A stretch of DNA of 63,129 nucleotides, filler included, from Guillardia theta CCMP2712 (Eukaryota; Protista; Cryptophyta), in the NCBI RefSeq assembly GCF_000315625.1. It is 6 parts of 6 records of this genome, joined end to end, with 100 filler letters (N's around TTAATTAATTAA, not from the genome) between each part and the next. Parts side by side here need not be neighbours in the genome. Positions count along the whole stretch, not along the records: positions 14,594 to 27,305 come from NW_005434300.1; positions 27,406 to 44,391 come from NW_005434325.1; 4 more parts are not named here. One strand, written 5' to 3'. The position numbers and the translations under genes were made by a program. The notes under the pieces are model-generated. The model was not told the origin of the DNA and did no database searches. It worked only from the letters and a program-made list of their open reading frames with translations. Every line of letters begins with the position of its first letter. Within the stretch, counting starts at the first letter, position 1. This document shows positions 24,177 to 35,344 of the stretch, one piece after another.

Positions 24177-24813
24177 CCAAATGGTTAAATCCATACCTTT
24201 AAACACAGACATAAATCCTTTAGTAAAAAATATAAAATCAAATTTGTATCAGATTTAAACTGTGTTCTCGTAACATTTACAGATTACAATCGCATTTTCA
24301 TGACTGGACGCTCAGCTTGCCGTAGGCAACAGAATTGCAATGAAACCACAAGCTTATTCTCTTATAATCTTGCAATTCCGTTGCAATTTTGTCCAGTTTA
24401 GCTCCTTTTGTCAAAAGGAGCAAATAAAAGCAACATAGAGCTACTCGTAGCCACATAAAACCCCAAGCTTTTACATATATTTTTTCATATATCATTGGGC
24501 GACAACAATTAAATGGTTTAATTGTTTTTTCATTTCTTAATATATATGCCAACATCATGCTTTTTAATTGATTACATTCATTCTCTTTTTTTATTTTTAT
24601 GCACTATACTGCTGATAATTATTGTACAATATTCAATATACTAACGAGCGTACCCACGGAGTGGCTTGAGCAAACATATTATATATTTGTTTTCCTATTG
24701 ATTATATCAGCGCTCCCTATTTTTTGCATGCAAAAACATAGAGGAGCAGCTTCGCTGGAAGCAGCCTTGGTCGCTTGCACTCGAAGAGCTGCGCCAACCT
24801 TTTGAATGTGTTA

Positions 24814-25782
24814 ATGAACTCTTGATAATAACAAAAATAAATTAGGACAAGAATTTTCAAATTTCAGAAATTTTGCAAAATTGAAAAATAAATTTTCAAC
24901 TTGAGAAAAATATTTTCCTGATTTTACATTTTTTTCTGAAATTCTAAATTCTTGTCCTAATTCAATCATTATCTTAGATCATACACTATAGTACATATGT
25001 GCTATATACTATATACTATATACTATATACTATATACTATATATTGTGTATATGATGTATGTATGTATGTATGTATGTATGTATGTATGTATGTATGTAT
25101 GTATGTGCTATTGAACTCTTGATAATGTCAAAAATAAATTAGGACAAGAATTTTCAAATTTCAGAAATTTTGCAAAACTGGAAAATAAATTTTCAACTTG
25201 ATAAAAATATTTTCCTGATTTTACATATTTTTCAGAAATTCTAAATTCTTGTCCTAATCTTAATTATTATCTAAGATCATACACTATAGTACATATATAC
25301 TATATACTATATACTATATACTATATACTATATATTGTGTAATAATGTATGTATGTGTTATTGAACTCTTGATAATGTCAAAAATAAATTAGGACGCTTC
25401 GCTTGCCGGAGGCAACAAGAATTTTCAAATTTCAGAAATTTTGCAAAACTGGAAAATAAATTTTCAACTTGATAAAAATATTTTCCTGATTTTACATATT
25501 TTTCAGAAATTCTAAATTCTTGTCCTAATCTTAATTATTATCTAAGATCATACACTATAGTACATATATACTATATACTATATACTATATATCGTGTAAT
25601 AATGTATGTGTTATTGAACTCTTGATAATGTCAAAAATAAATTAGGACGCTTCGCTTCCCGGAGGCAACAAGAATTTTCAAATTTCAGAAATTTTGCAAA
25701 ACTGGAAAATAAATTTTCAACTTGAGAAAAATATTTTCCTGATTTTACATTTCTTCCAGAAATCCTAAATTCTTGTCGTAAT
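24814..25782. repeat. tandem array of four ~250-300 bp units, each with a ~120-bp imperfect palindrome
   Basis: Cores ATTAGGACAAGAATTT...AAATTCTTGTCCTAAT start near 24841, 25138, 25388 and 25641, separated by (ATACT)n/(TATG)n; an inverted copy lies at 26959-27078. Confidence 0.92.
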
Positions 25783-26324
25783 GTTAATTAGTGTCTTAGA
25801 TCACACACACCGTAGNNNNNNNNNNNNNNNNNNNNNNNNNNNNNNNNNNNNNNNNNNNNNNNNNNNNNNNNNNNNNNNNNNNNNNNNNNNNNNNNNNNNN
25901 NNNNNNNNNNNNNNNTATAGGAAAGAGATATGCAGTTGTCTATGTAAGTACTATGTATTGTGTATATGATGCATGTATGTGATAATTGAACTCTTGATAA
26001 TATCGAAGTGTCCTAATCTTAATTATTGGTTCACTATAGTACATATATATTAAATGTCACATGTGATAAGGCAAAATTATATCAAATCTATATTAAAAAA
26101 AACTATATTTGTAATCATTTGTTTTGTCTCTTTGTATGGTAGATATATCTACTACAATCATAANNNNNNNNNNNNNNNNNNNNNNNNNNNNNNNNNNNNN
26201 NNNNNNNNNNNNNNNNNNNNNNNNNNNNNNNNNNNNNNNNNNNNNNNNNNNNNNNNNNNNNNNNNNNNNNNNNNNNNNNNNNNNNNNNNNNNNNNNNNNN
26301 NNNNNNNNNNNNNNNNNNNNNNNN

Positions 26325-26793
26325 ATCATCTATACTGAACATAGATACTATATCATATATTACATTATCTATTACATATGAATTATTGCAATAAGGGCAA
26401 TTATGTATATTAAAATCATATGATTTCAATATGCATGATTTATGGAACTTGTGGCCACATCCTAATATCAGTGAATTCTTTGGGGAAACAAAACCATTGT
26501 AGGCGCAGCCAAGGCTGCTTCGCGGCCGCACAGATTGAACATTCATCTATGTATGGGTTAATATATGTCACCTTCTTAAGAACTGTGTTCATGAAGTATT
26601 GTTTTTTCTTTTTCCTTTTACTTGATAATGGCGATGGTGTTTCATATGAATTATATACCACTGATTTTTTTGAATATAGGTATCCACGTACTATATTCTG
26701 GCAATAATAACATTCACCACAGTCACATATTTCCTGAGAATGATCTGATGATAGATTGTCTGTTATTATATCTTCTAATGTCAATGATTTCAT
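26325..26793 (-). pseudogene. RING-H2 zinc finger gene frameshifted by a 28-nt GC-rich insertion
   Basis: Removing 26502-26529 joins ...DECSIC to YNGFVSPKNSLILGCGHKFHKSCILKSYDFNIHNCPYC, a complete C3H2C3 RING; the 3' end runs into a gap. Confidence 0.82.
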
Positions 26794-27183
26794 TTGAGAT
26801 TCGTTTCATATATTCGTTTCATTTTTAACACTATGAAACAATATATCCTAGATCATGACCATGTGACACTGTGCTTTTGCAAGAGACTATGTATAGAATA
26901 TATGTATAGACATCTGATATATATATATATATTGTTACTGTTGTGCTATATGGTATATTTAGGACAAGAATTTTGATTTTTAGAAAAAAATGTAAAATCA
27001 GGAAAATACTTTTCTCAAGTTGAATTTTAATTTTCCAGTTTTGCAAATTTTCACAGATTTCTAAATTCTTGTCCTAATTTATATTTTTGTACATATGGCA
27101 ACTATTTATCATGGTTAGATTCTTGATCATTACTGTGGTGCTTGAGACTAGAGGCTACATACATAGTATACATAATATACATA

Positions 27184-27282
27184 GTATATAGAGTATATAG
27201 AGTATATAGAGTATATAGAGTATATAGAGTATATAGAGTATATAGAGTATATAGAGTATATAGAGTATATAGAGTATATAGA
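27184..27282. repeat. 9-bp tandem repeat (TATATAGAG)n
   Basis: About 11 perfect units. Confidence 0.9.
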
Positions 27283-27669
27283 GAAGAACATTTAATGGGC
27301 TCCTCNNNNNNNNNNNNNNNNNNNNNNNNNNNNNNNNNNNNNNNNNNNNTTAATTAATTAANNNNNNNNNNNNNNNNNNNNNNNNNNNNNNNNNNNNNNN
27401 NNNNNTTCTCCCTTTCCTTTCTTCTTCTTCTTCTTCTTCTTCCTTCTTCTTCTTCCTTCCTTCCTTCTCTCCTTCTCTCCTTCCTTCTCTCCTCTCCTCT
27501 CTCCCCTTCCTCTTTTATGATCTCCTCTCCTTTTTGCTCCTCTCCTCCTCTCCTGTTTATTTCACTAAACTCCTCTCCTCTCCTCTCCTCGCCTCTCCTC
27601 TCCCTATTCTCTCCTCTTCTATCCTCTCCTCTTCTATCTTCTCCTCTCCTCTCCTCTTCTCCTCTTCTC

Positions 27670-28095
27670 TTTCTCTCTGCAGCAGCTACAAGACATCTCT
27701 CACTCTAGCGACATGATATTTCCCGCCCAACCACCCCTCTACATGGAGCCCTACCCTAGTGGTATATCACCCTCATATTCCCATGGTTTCAGCCTATCAG
27801 GTACGGGTGAGCAACACCAGCCTACCCTACCTGTTGATGTATTTTGTACTGCCCTACCCCACCCCTAGAAGCTCCAGGTATCCGCTAGTCAGCGTAAGGG
27901 GTGGACGCTAATTGGAGCAACGGATCCGAGGCGGACTGCTGCCGATGAAAACCGTTGAGAGGATTGACTAAAATCATCTACTGCGATCTCAGTGACCGGA
28001 GCCTCGGAGGCTGAAGATCGGGCCCGGTAAGACAACGTGACGGTACAGTGACTGCGGCTGACTGGGCCCTGAGCCCAGGATGGGACGAATGAAAC
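27670..28095. repeat. direct segmental repeat, copy A (copy B at ~41847-42332)
   Basis: Shared CTCTCTGCAGCAGCTACAAGACATCTCTCACACTCTAGCGACA, TTTCCCGCCCAACCACCCCTCTACATGGAGCCCTACCCTAGT, GCTAATTGGAGCAACGGATCCGAGGCGGACTGCTGC and GGTACAGTGACTGCGGCTGACTG. Confidence 0.9.
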
Positions 28096-28295
28096 CAAAT
28101 CGATCGAGTTTGTGAGAGCAGATATGATAGTACCATCATCGACCAGCTGCCCGGCGAGGAACAGACAGTTTTCCCACTCAGCACTGAGTTGAATGCACAC
28201 TAAACAGGGCTTGCGGAGCACATGAGAGATAGACTGTATCAGGCTTGCATGTCGAGCTACTGTCTCCTTCAAACGATTTGATTCGGTTCAAACAG

Positions 28296-29001
28296 GCAAG
28301 ACAATACAGGCTCTCTCTCTCATCCTGTCCAACGATCCCGATCGCGCTCTCCGAGCTGACAAGGCTGGAAGTGGGTGCGAGCGAGCAAAGACGCTGATTG
28401 TCTGTCCGGTATGTGTCTTGACCAGCTGAGAATCGCAGATCGAGNNNNNNNNNNNNNNNNNNNNNNNNNNNNNNNNNNNNNNNNNNNNNNNNNNNNNNNN
28501 NNNNNNNNNNNNNNNNNNNNNNNNNNNNNNNNNNNNNNNNNNNNNNNNNNNNNNNNNNNNNNNNNNNNNNNNNNNNNNNNNNNNNNNNNNNNNNNNNNNN
28601 NNNNNNNNNNNNNNNNNNNNNNNNNNNNNNNNNNNNNNNNNNNNNNNNNNNNNNNNNNNNNNNNNNNNNNNNNNNNNNNNNNNNNNNNNNNNNNNNNNNN
28701 NNNNNNNNNNNNNNNNNNNNNNNNNNNNNNNNNNNNNNNNNNNNNNNNNNNNNNNNNNNNNNNNNNNNNNNNNNNNNNNNNNNNNNNNNNNNNNNNNNNN
28801 NNNNNNNNNNNNNNNNNNNNNNNNNNNNNNNNNNNNNNNNNNNNNNNNNNNNNNNNNNNNNNNNNNNNNNNNNNNNNNNNNNNNNNNNNNNNNNNCAACG
28901 CATTGCAGAATGATGTGGACGATATCCAGCCTCTCTTGCAGTTCCTTAGAGTAGAACCACTCGACAAGTATTCTACCTGGCTGACATATGTCAAGAAGTG
29001 A
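28296..29001 (+). pseudogene. RAD5/RAD16-like SNF2 helicase, N-terminal ATPase fragment
   Basis: GKTIQALSLILSN (motif I) and KTLIVCPVCVLTS*ESQI (motif Ia, with TGA at 28427-28429 where Trp is expected); after the gap, NALQNDVDDIQPLLQFLRVEP (motif III region). Confidence 0.8.
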
Positions 29002-29068
29002 AACCTCTCTCCTCCTCCTCCCTCCTCTCTCCTCCTGCTCCTGCTTCTCCTGCTCCTCCCTTTTCCTC

Positions 29069-29140
<72 letters not shown>

Positions 29141-30391
29141 TCTCCTGCACCTCCTCCTCTTCCTCCTCCCCTTCCTCTCTCTCCCTCTCTCTCCTCCTGC
29201 TGGACTCCCTCGATGCCGGGGCTGTGCATGCGCTACTGTGAGCCGCTGGCAGCAGCAGCGGCGGCAGAAGAAGAACAAGAGGAGGTAGAGGTCGAGGTTG
29301 AGAGAGCAGCTGAGCGTGAGGAGTAGTAGGCGTGAGGAGCAGTAGGCTGGTAGAGGCTGGCAGACTCAGTCCTCGCTCCCTCAGCCTCTCTTGCTCGGCT
29401 TGTCTCCTGATAGATAAGGACGAGCAGATCAGAAATCAAGAGATGAATGTACGAGTGATCCAACGTGAAAGACTACAATCCGGAAGAAGAGTAAACAACT
29501 GCATTCACCAGGATGTTGATAGAGGAGCTACTTTGGGTCATGTAGTGAATGTCATACTGTCGCATGATCCACCCTTGTCAGAGCACGCTCGTCGTGCAAT
29601 GATTTCCTTTCCTACACTGATCCCTTTCCTTCCTACCTGCTTCTTGCTCCCTCCTTCTCTCTACTTGCTTCCTCTCTCTCCCTCGTACTCTCGTCTCCTT
29701 CCCTCTTTAGTCTCCCACACTTGTACTTCTGCCATTCTCTCTCAAACTTCTCTCTCTCCCTCCCTCCCTCCTTCTCTCTTCCCCTTCTCTTCGTTGACTA
29801 GCTCTCATCCCGACCATGTTCGTATCACCCCGGATCTCCAGCTCCTCTTTCACCTTATGAGCCTCCACTCCTCCCTCCCCACCCCTCTGATTGTCCGTAC
29901 CCACCCCTCTCTTCCCCTCGCGTCTGGATAACTTCTCCGCTACACCACCCCCTGCTCTGACTCTTTTCTGATGACCCCTACCCTCCCCCGGCTCATCTCT
30001 GTATTCCTTGCCACATCACCCACCCCTCTCTTCCCCTCGCGTCTGGTCCACCTCCCTTCCCCGGCCATCTCCTCGCGTCTGATGAGCTGGANNNNNNNNN
30101 NNNNNNNNNNNNNNNNNNNNNNNNNNNNNNNNNNNNNNNNNNNNNNNNNNNNNNNNNNNNNNNNNNNNNNNNNNNNNNNNNNNNNNNNNNNNNNNNNNNN
30201 NNNNNNNNNNNNNNNNNNNNNNNNNNNNNNNNNNNNNNNNNNNNNNNNNNNNNNNNNNNNGAGCGATTTCAATCCCTTCAGTCGTCAGCTAAGAATGAGT
30301 AGGTCCAGTCTGAGGTGAGCTCGCTTTTACTAGGGCTCTGATAGGTATGAGAGCGATTTCTATGGCTGCAGCTTGTTGGCTCAGTCTGAGA

Positions 30392-33344
30392 CTAGTCGAT
30401 ACCTAAACCTCTAAGATAATCCTCGACATCTGAGTTATCAGCCAAAGTGAAGCAAGTCATGCCGCCTTTGTCCTTCTCCCTCAGCGCCTCCTCCCCGCAT
30501 GTCTCTGCAATATACCGCAGCACCTCCAAGTGCCCAGCGTCACTCGCCCAGTGCGCGCATGTCATGCCGTCATTGGCCTTCTCCCTCAGTACCTCCTCCC
30601 CGCATGTCTCTACAGCATACCGCACTACCTCCATGTGCCCTTCTGCACTCGCCAAGTGCGCGCATGTCATGCCGTACTGGTCCTTCTCCCTCAGCGCCTC
30701 CTCCCCGCATGTCTCTACAGCATACCGCACTACCTCCAAGTGCCCTCCCTCACTCGCATAGTGCGCGCATGTCCAGCCGGCATTGTCCTTCTCCCTCAGC
30801 GCCTCCTCCCCGCATGTCTCTACAGCATACCGCACTACCTCCAAGTGCCCTCCCTCGCTCGCATAGTGCGCGCATGTCCAGCCGGCGTTGTCCTTCTCCC
30901 TCAGCACCTCCTCCCCGCATGTCTCTGCAGCATACCGCACTACCTCCAAGTGCCCTCCCTCACTCGCATAGTGCGCGCATGTCTTGCCGTCATTGTCCTT
31001 CTCCATCATCAAAGTCCTCAGAGTCTCTTTCCCGCATTCTTCCTCTACCGTCTTCAGCACCTTCACATGCCCATACTCCGCCGCCCAGTGCACCATCGTC
31101 TTCCCTGCCTTGTCCTTCGCTCCTACCTCTGCTCCTGCCTCGATAAGCTCCCTCAAGCTCCCCGCCCTCCCCAGCATCCCCGCTACATGCAGCCCTGTCC
31201 TCCCGTCCTCCGTCCGCTCGTCCATGTCGTATTCGCCCGCCTTCAGCAGCCGGATCAGCTCCCCCTGTCCTCGTACCACCGCCGTCACTGTCGGCGGCTC
31301 CCCGTGCTGGTCCGACCTTGACATCGACAAGCCGTACATCCCGCACAGCCTCTTGCTCTGCTCTCGTCTGCCGTCATCGTCTGCTGGAGTCCGCGAGCTG
31401 ATCTCGTACATCAGACCCGCCATCGTCTTCCAGTACACTGACTGCATCGGCTCGCCCGCAAGGGCTACACATTTTTCATCTCCCTGAGTGTCTTCGATCC
31501 AGTGCCTGAGCTTGTTGATCGCCATGTCCTTGACTCGGTTCGACAGCTCGATCGCCTCCTTGTATCTTGACTCGTCGTTGTACCAGCCCGACTCCCTCGC
31601 CCTGCTCGCCTCCACCAGCCCCCAGCTCTCCTCCACGATCGATTGTACAAGACGCTGATGGTGCTTCCATAAAGAGTCGGCCGGTGCTGTCCTGAGCCGC
31701 TCCTGGATCCTCCCCTCCCACCCCCTCACGTCTCGCTCTACCTCCCTCGCCAGGTTCTCCATCAGCCCTACGTACAGCTGCTTCCTCTTCCCCACAAAGT
31801 CCTCGATCGACAAGCTCATCGTGTTCGCGTTGATCTTCAGCTCCAGCACCTTCACACGCCTCCCCTCTACCTCCATGTACCGCGGCGTCTTCACCACCTC
31901 CAGGTACGACAGCGGCGGATACAGCATCTCCCCCTCCCCCGGATACTGAGACACAAACGTCAAGCTCGCCCCCCGGTCGATCGCCCCGNNNNNNNNNNNN
32001 NNNNNNNNNNNNNNNNNNNNNNNNNNNNNNNNNNNNNNNNNNNNNNNNNNNNNNNNNNNNNNNNNNNNNNNNNNNNNNNNNNNNNNNNTCGACTCCTCCG
32101 GACACCCCGAGCTTGTCCTCATTGAGGAAGCTCTCCGGCAGCCTCATCCCCTTCAGCCCCCTCCACACCCGCAGCCCCTCCGGCAGAGGCGTGTGACGAG
32201 ACAGCTTCACGATGCCGCTGACGATGCAGTGGATGGTCGTCGTGTACTTGTTGGGGAGCTTGTTGGAGTCTCGGAGGAGCTCGTTGGGAGCTCGAAGAAC
32301 AGAGTTGTACTTGAAGTACATCGGCCCTGTCATAGCAAGCCTCTTGTCAGCCTTCTCACGCTCTCTTGCTCCTCTCTCCTCCCCCATGCTCCTTCTCCCT
32401 CTCTCTCGCTATCTCTCTCTCTTACCTGTGTAGAGCTGCAGCGCGATCAGCTCCGCCTCCTGCAGCCCCGCCTTGATCGCCGTGTCCAGCCCCTTCAGCT
32501 CCTCCATCCCTCGGATCACCCGCGTCCCGTCCGACAGGCTCCGCCTCCTCTCCGGGTCTGTCACGTTGAGCCACTCCTCCTTGGCTGTCGTCGTGATGTT
32601 GTAGTTACTCGTCGTGAACGCTTCCTCCGCGTCCTTGCCCTTGCAGTGCTCCTCCTCTATCGCCTTCATCAGCTCCGTCTGAGGTAGCCCGATCCGCTCC
32701 ATCAGCCCCCCGTAGTACTCCTCGATCTTCCCGTACACGGCCTCGCGTACCTCTGCAAACTTGCTGTTGTGCGACGTCGGACCGTCTCCTCCCGCCCGCC
32801 CTCCTGCCTCCGCCGGCCTCCTCAGCGCCTCCTCGAGCCTCCTCCCTATCGCCGTCTGCCATAGAGCCGATAGAGCGCTCTCCGTCATCCCCTGTAGCCC
32901 CGCAAGAGGACTCGCCGCGCTCCCGCCGGGGATGCACTCCGCCATGACTCGGAGGATGTTGAGGTCGCCGAGGCTGCTGGCCTTGCGCTCGAGCTCCCAC
33001 TCTCTTGCGACTCTGACCTCGTAGTCGTCGTACGAGAGCTTGTCAGGGCCTGCGTGCGGCATGAGGGCCGACGCGTCAACGCCGAGAGCCATGCGGAGGT
33101 TGTTGAGAATCGGTTTGTATTGATCGGAGTCTCGAGGGGTCTGAAAGAGCTTCTTGAGGTCAGAGCTGATGTCGTCAGGGATAGTCCAGCTGGTCGTCTG
33201 CTGGGCACTAGCTGGTGGATGAGCCGTGGGATTTCTGATGAGAGAGAGAGCGGAGGTGTGGGCGAGCAGCACTTCATTCTTGACTCTCAAGGTCAAGAGC
33301 TCACGCTCAAGCTCTAGGATCTCTCTCTGTACATTCTTCCCCAT
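30392..33344 (-). CDS. mono-ADP-ribosyltransferase (R-S-E clade) - ankyrin repeat protein, copy 1
   Basis: Exon 33344-32426, intron 32425-32327, then LYTGPMYFKYNSVLR, RVWRGL, gap, SQYPGEGEMLYPP, a helical linker, two divergent and five near-identical 35-aa ankyrin repeats, and a cap. Confidence 0.88.
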
Positions 33345-34215
33345 GCCGTACCAGACTAGCAGGAGGGGACAAGGCGCAACAGATCTCAACGCCTGTCACA
33401 AGCGTCATGTCATCGAGAGTTGCTCTGGCCCCTCCTCTCCTCTCCTCTCCTCTCTTCTCTTTCTTCTTTTCCTGCAGCTCAGCTGTGACTCGATCTTGTT
33501 ATCATTGACTCCTAACTCCCTTAAGACATGTCACGAATGTCACTTGATCATGCTTGTTCACGGAAGAGCAGGGAGAAGTGACACCAGTGACATTTCTTGA
33601 GGAAGATAGATCTCATCTCATCTCATCTCATCTCTTCTCTTCTATTCTCTTTCCCCTTCTCTCCTGTTCTCTTCTCCTCTCTCTCTTGGCCCTCTTCCGC
33701 CTTTCTCACACCCTCTCTCATGCTATCTTGTAAACATCTCTCGCTGTCTTCTTCTTGTTCTTCCTCCCCCTTTCTCACCCTCTCTCTCTCCCTTCCCTTC
33801 TCATTCTCTCTTCTCTCGTTGCTCTCTCGTTGCTCTTCCCTATCAAGCTGCTTCTCTTCCAGCCTCCGCAGTCAGAAGAGAGAGAAAGACGAGACGGGGG
33901 AGGAAGAGGAGAGGGAGAGGAGACAAGTGAAGAACAGAAGAGCGTACTATCAGAGGAAGCGCGGGGGAGAGAAGGGAGAGGAGAGAGGATAAAAGAAAAG
34001 AGAGCGAAAGAGAGGAGACGAGGAGAGAGGAGGTGAGAGCGTCTCGCCTCCTGATGAGGGAGCGAAGGACAAGCGACGACACGAGGAGCGAGCAAGGCAG
34101 AGGGAAGAGATCAGGAGGGGAGAGAGACGAGACGGGAGCAGACGGGAGCAGAGAAATGAAGTGAAGTGAAGTGGAGGTGAAGTGAGTCTGAGGGGGGCGC
34201 AGAAAAGAGAAAGAG

Positions 34216-34364
34216 ATGAGAAGAGAAGAGAAGAGAAGAGAAGAGAAGAGAAGAGAAGAGAAGAGAAGAGAAGAGAAGAGAAGAGATAAGAAGAGAAGAG
34301 AAGAGAAGAGAAGAGAAGAGAAGAGAAGAGAAGAGAAGAGAAGAGAAGAGAAGAGAAGAGAAGA
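34216..34364. repeat. (AGAAG)n microsatellite
   Basis: About 29 pentamer units. Confidence 0.95.
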
Positions 34365-34368
34365 GTCG

Positions 34369-34761
34369 TCATGCTCCATCACCCTCAAGACAAGCCTTCT
34401 GCGTCATGCTCTCAAGGTCCCACACCCTCAGCGTCTCATCCCAGCTACCGCTGACAGCCGTCTTGCCGTCCTTGCTCATCGCCACGCTCGTCACCCAGCG
34501 ACTATGACCCTCAAGACGAGCCTTCTCCTCCATGCTCTCAAGGTCCCACACCCTCAGTGTCTTATCGTCACTCCCGCTGACTATGGTCGTGACTCTCGCT
34601 GGTCCTACTGGATGCTTCTGCTTCAGTCGCTCTGCTCCTGCGTTCACGGCCAGCGCTCTCACTTGGACCTCATCTCCTCTCTCGATCGCTTCGATCAGCT
34701 GCTGCCGCTTCCTCTCGTCCTCCTCCATCCTCTCCCGCTCGTCGTCGGAGACCTGGCTCAT
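34369..34761 (-). pseudogene. truncated WD40-repeat protein fragment
   Basis: TIVSGSDDKTLRVWDLES..LEGHSRWVTSVAMSKDGKTAVSGSWDETLRVWDLES: about 1.5 highly similar 42-aa (126-nt) WD40 units ending at the microsatellite. Confidence 0.8.
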
Positions 34762-35344
34762 CCTCCTCCTCGCTCGTCCTGCAGCCCCAGCACAAGGACC
34801 TCTTGTCTTCCCTCGCTCCTCTTTCCCTTTATCTTTCCCTCTTTCCCTTCCTCCCTCCCTCCCTTCCTCCTTCCTCTCCTTCCCTTCCCTTCTCTTGTCT
34901 CTTTCTATCGCTTCTCTCTCCTTGTCTCTCCCTCACATCACCTGACCTCTCCCTTCCCTCTCCCTTCCCTTCTCTTTCCCTCCCCTCGATCCTCTCCTCT
35001 TCCTCTGCTTATCCTACCGAGCTCTGTCAGGACCCCTCCTTTATCCCTCCCTCCCACCCCTACCCCACTCCCTTACCCCCAACCTTCCGGATCTAGGGGG
35101 TGGTACGAGGAGGGGAGAGAAGGTAGTGGGGGTGGTCCAACTAATCCTACCAGAGAGGATCAGGCGGGAGGGAGGGGTGGAGGAGGAAGGGGCGGGAGGG
35201 GGTGGTGGGGTGGGGTCGAGAGTTCAACCTCTTCTCATTGGCCCGGGCCCGTGGAATGTCCCGGCCCGGGCCCCGGGCCCGGTCTCTCAGTGACGTTGCC
35301 ACGGTCCTAGAGTCTTGAGCCTCCGAGGCTCCGGTGACTGAGAC

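Larger units (their letters stand above)
24177..27305. other. AT-rich island, probably of viral or other foreign origin
   Basis: Abrupt composition shift from the GC-rich host genes, short intronless AT-rich ORFs, palindrome array and RING gene. Confidence 0.55.

Noticed and set aside
27686-27696. CTACAAGACAT shared between the segmental repeat and the 34-bp minisatellite
   Set aside because: Only 11 bp with no flanking similarity; compatible with chance
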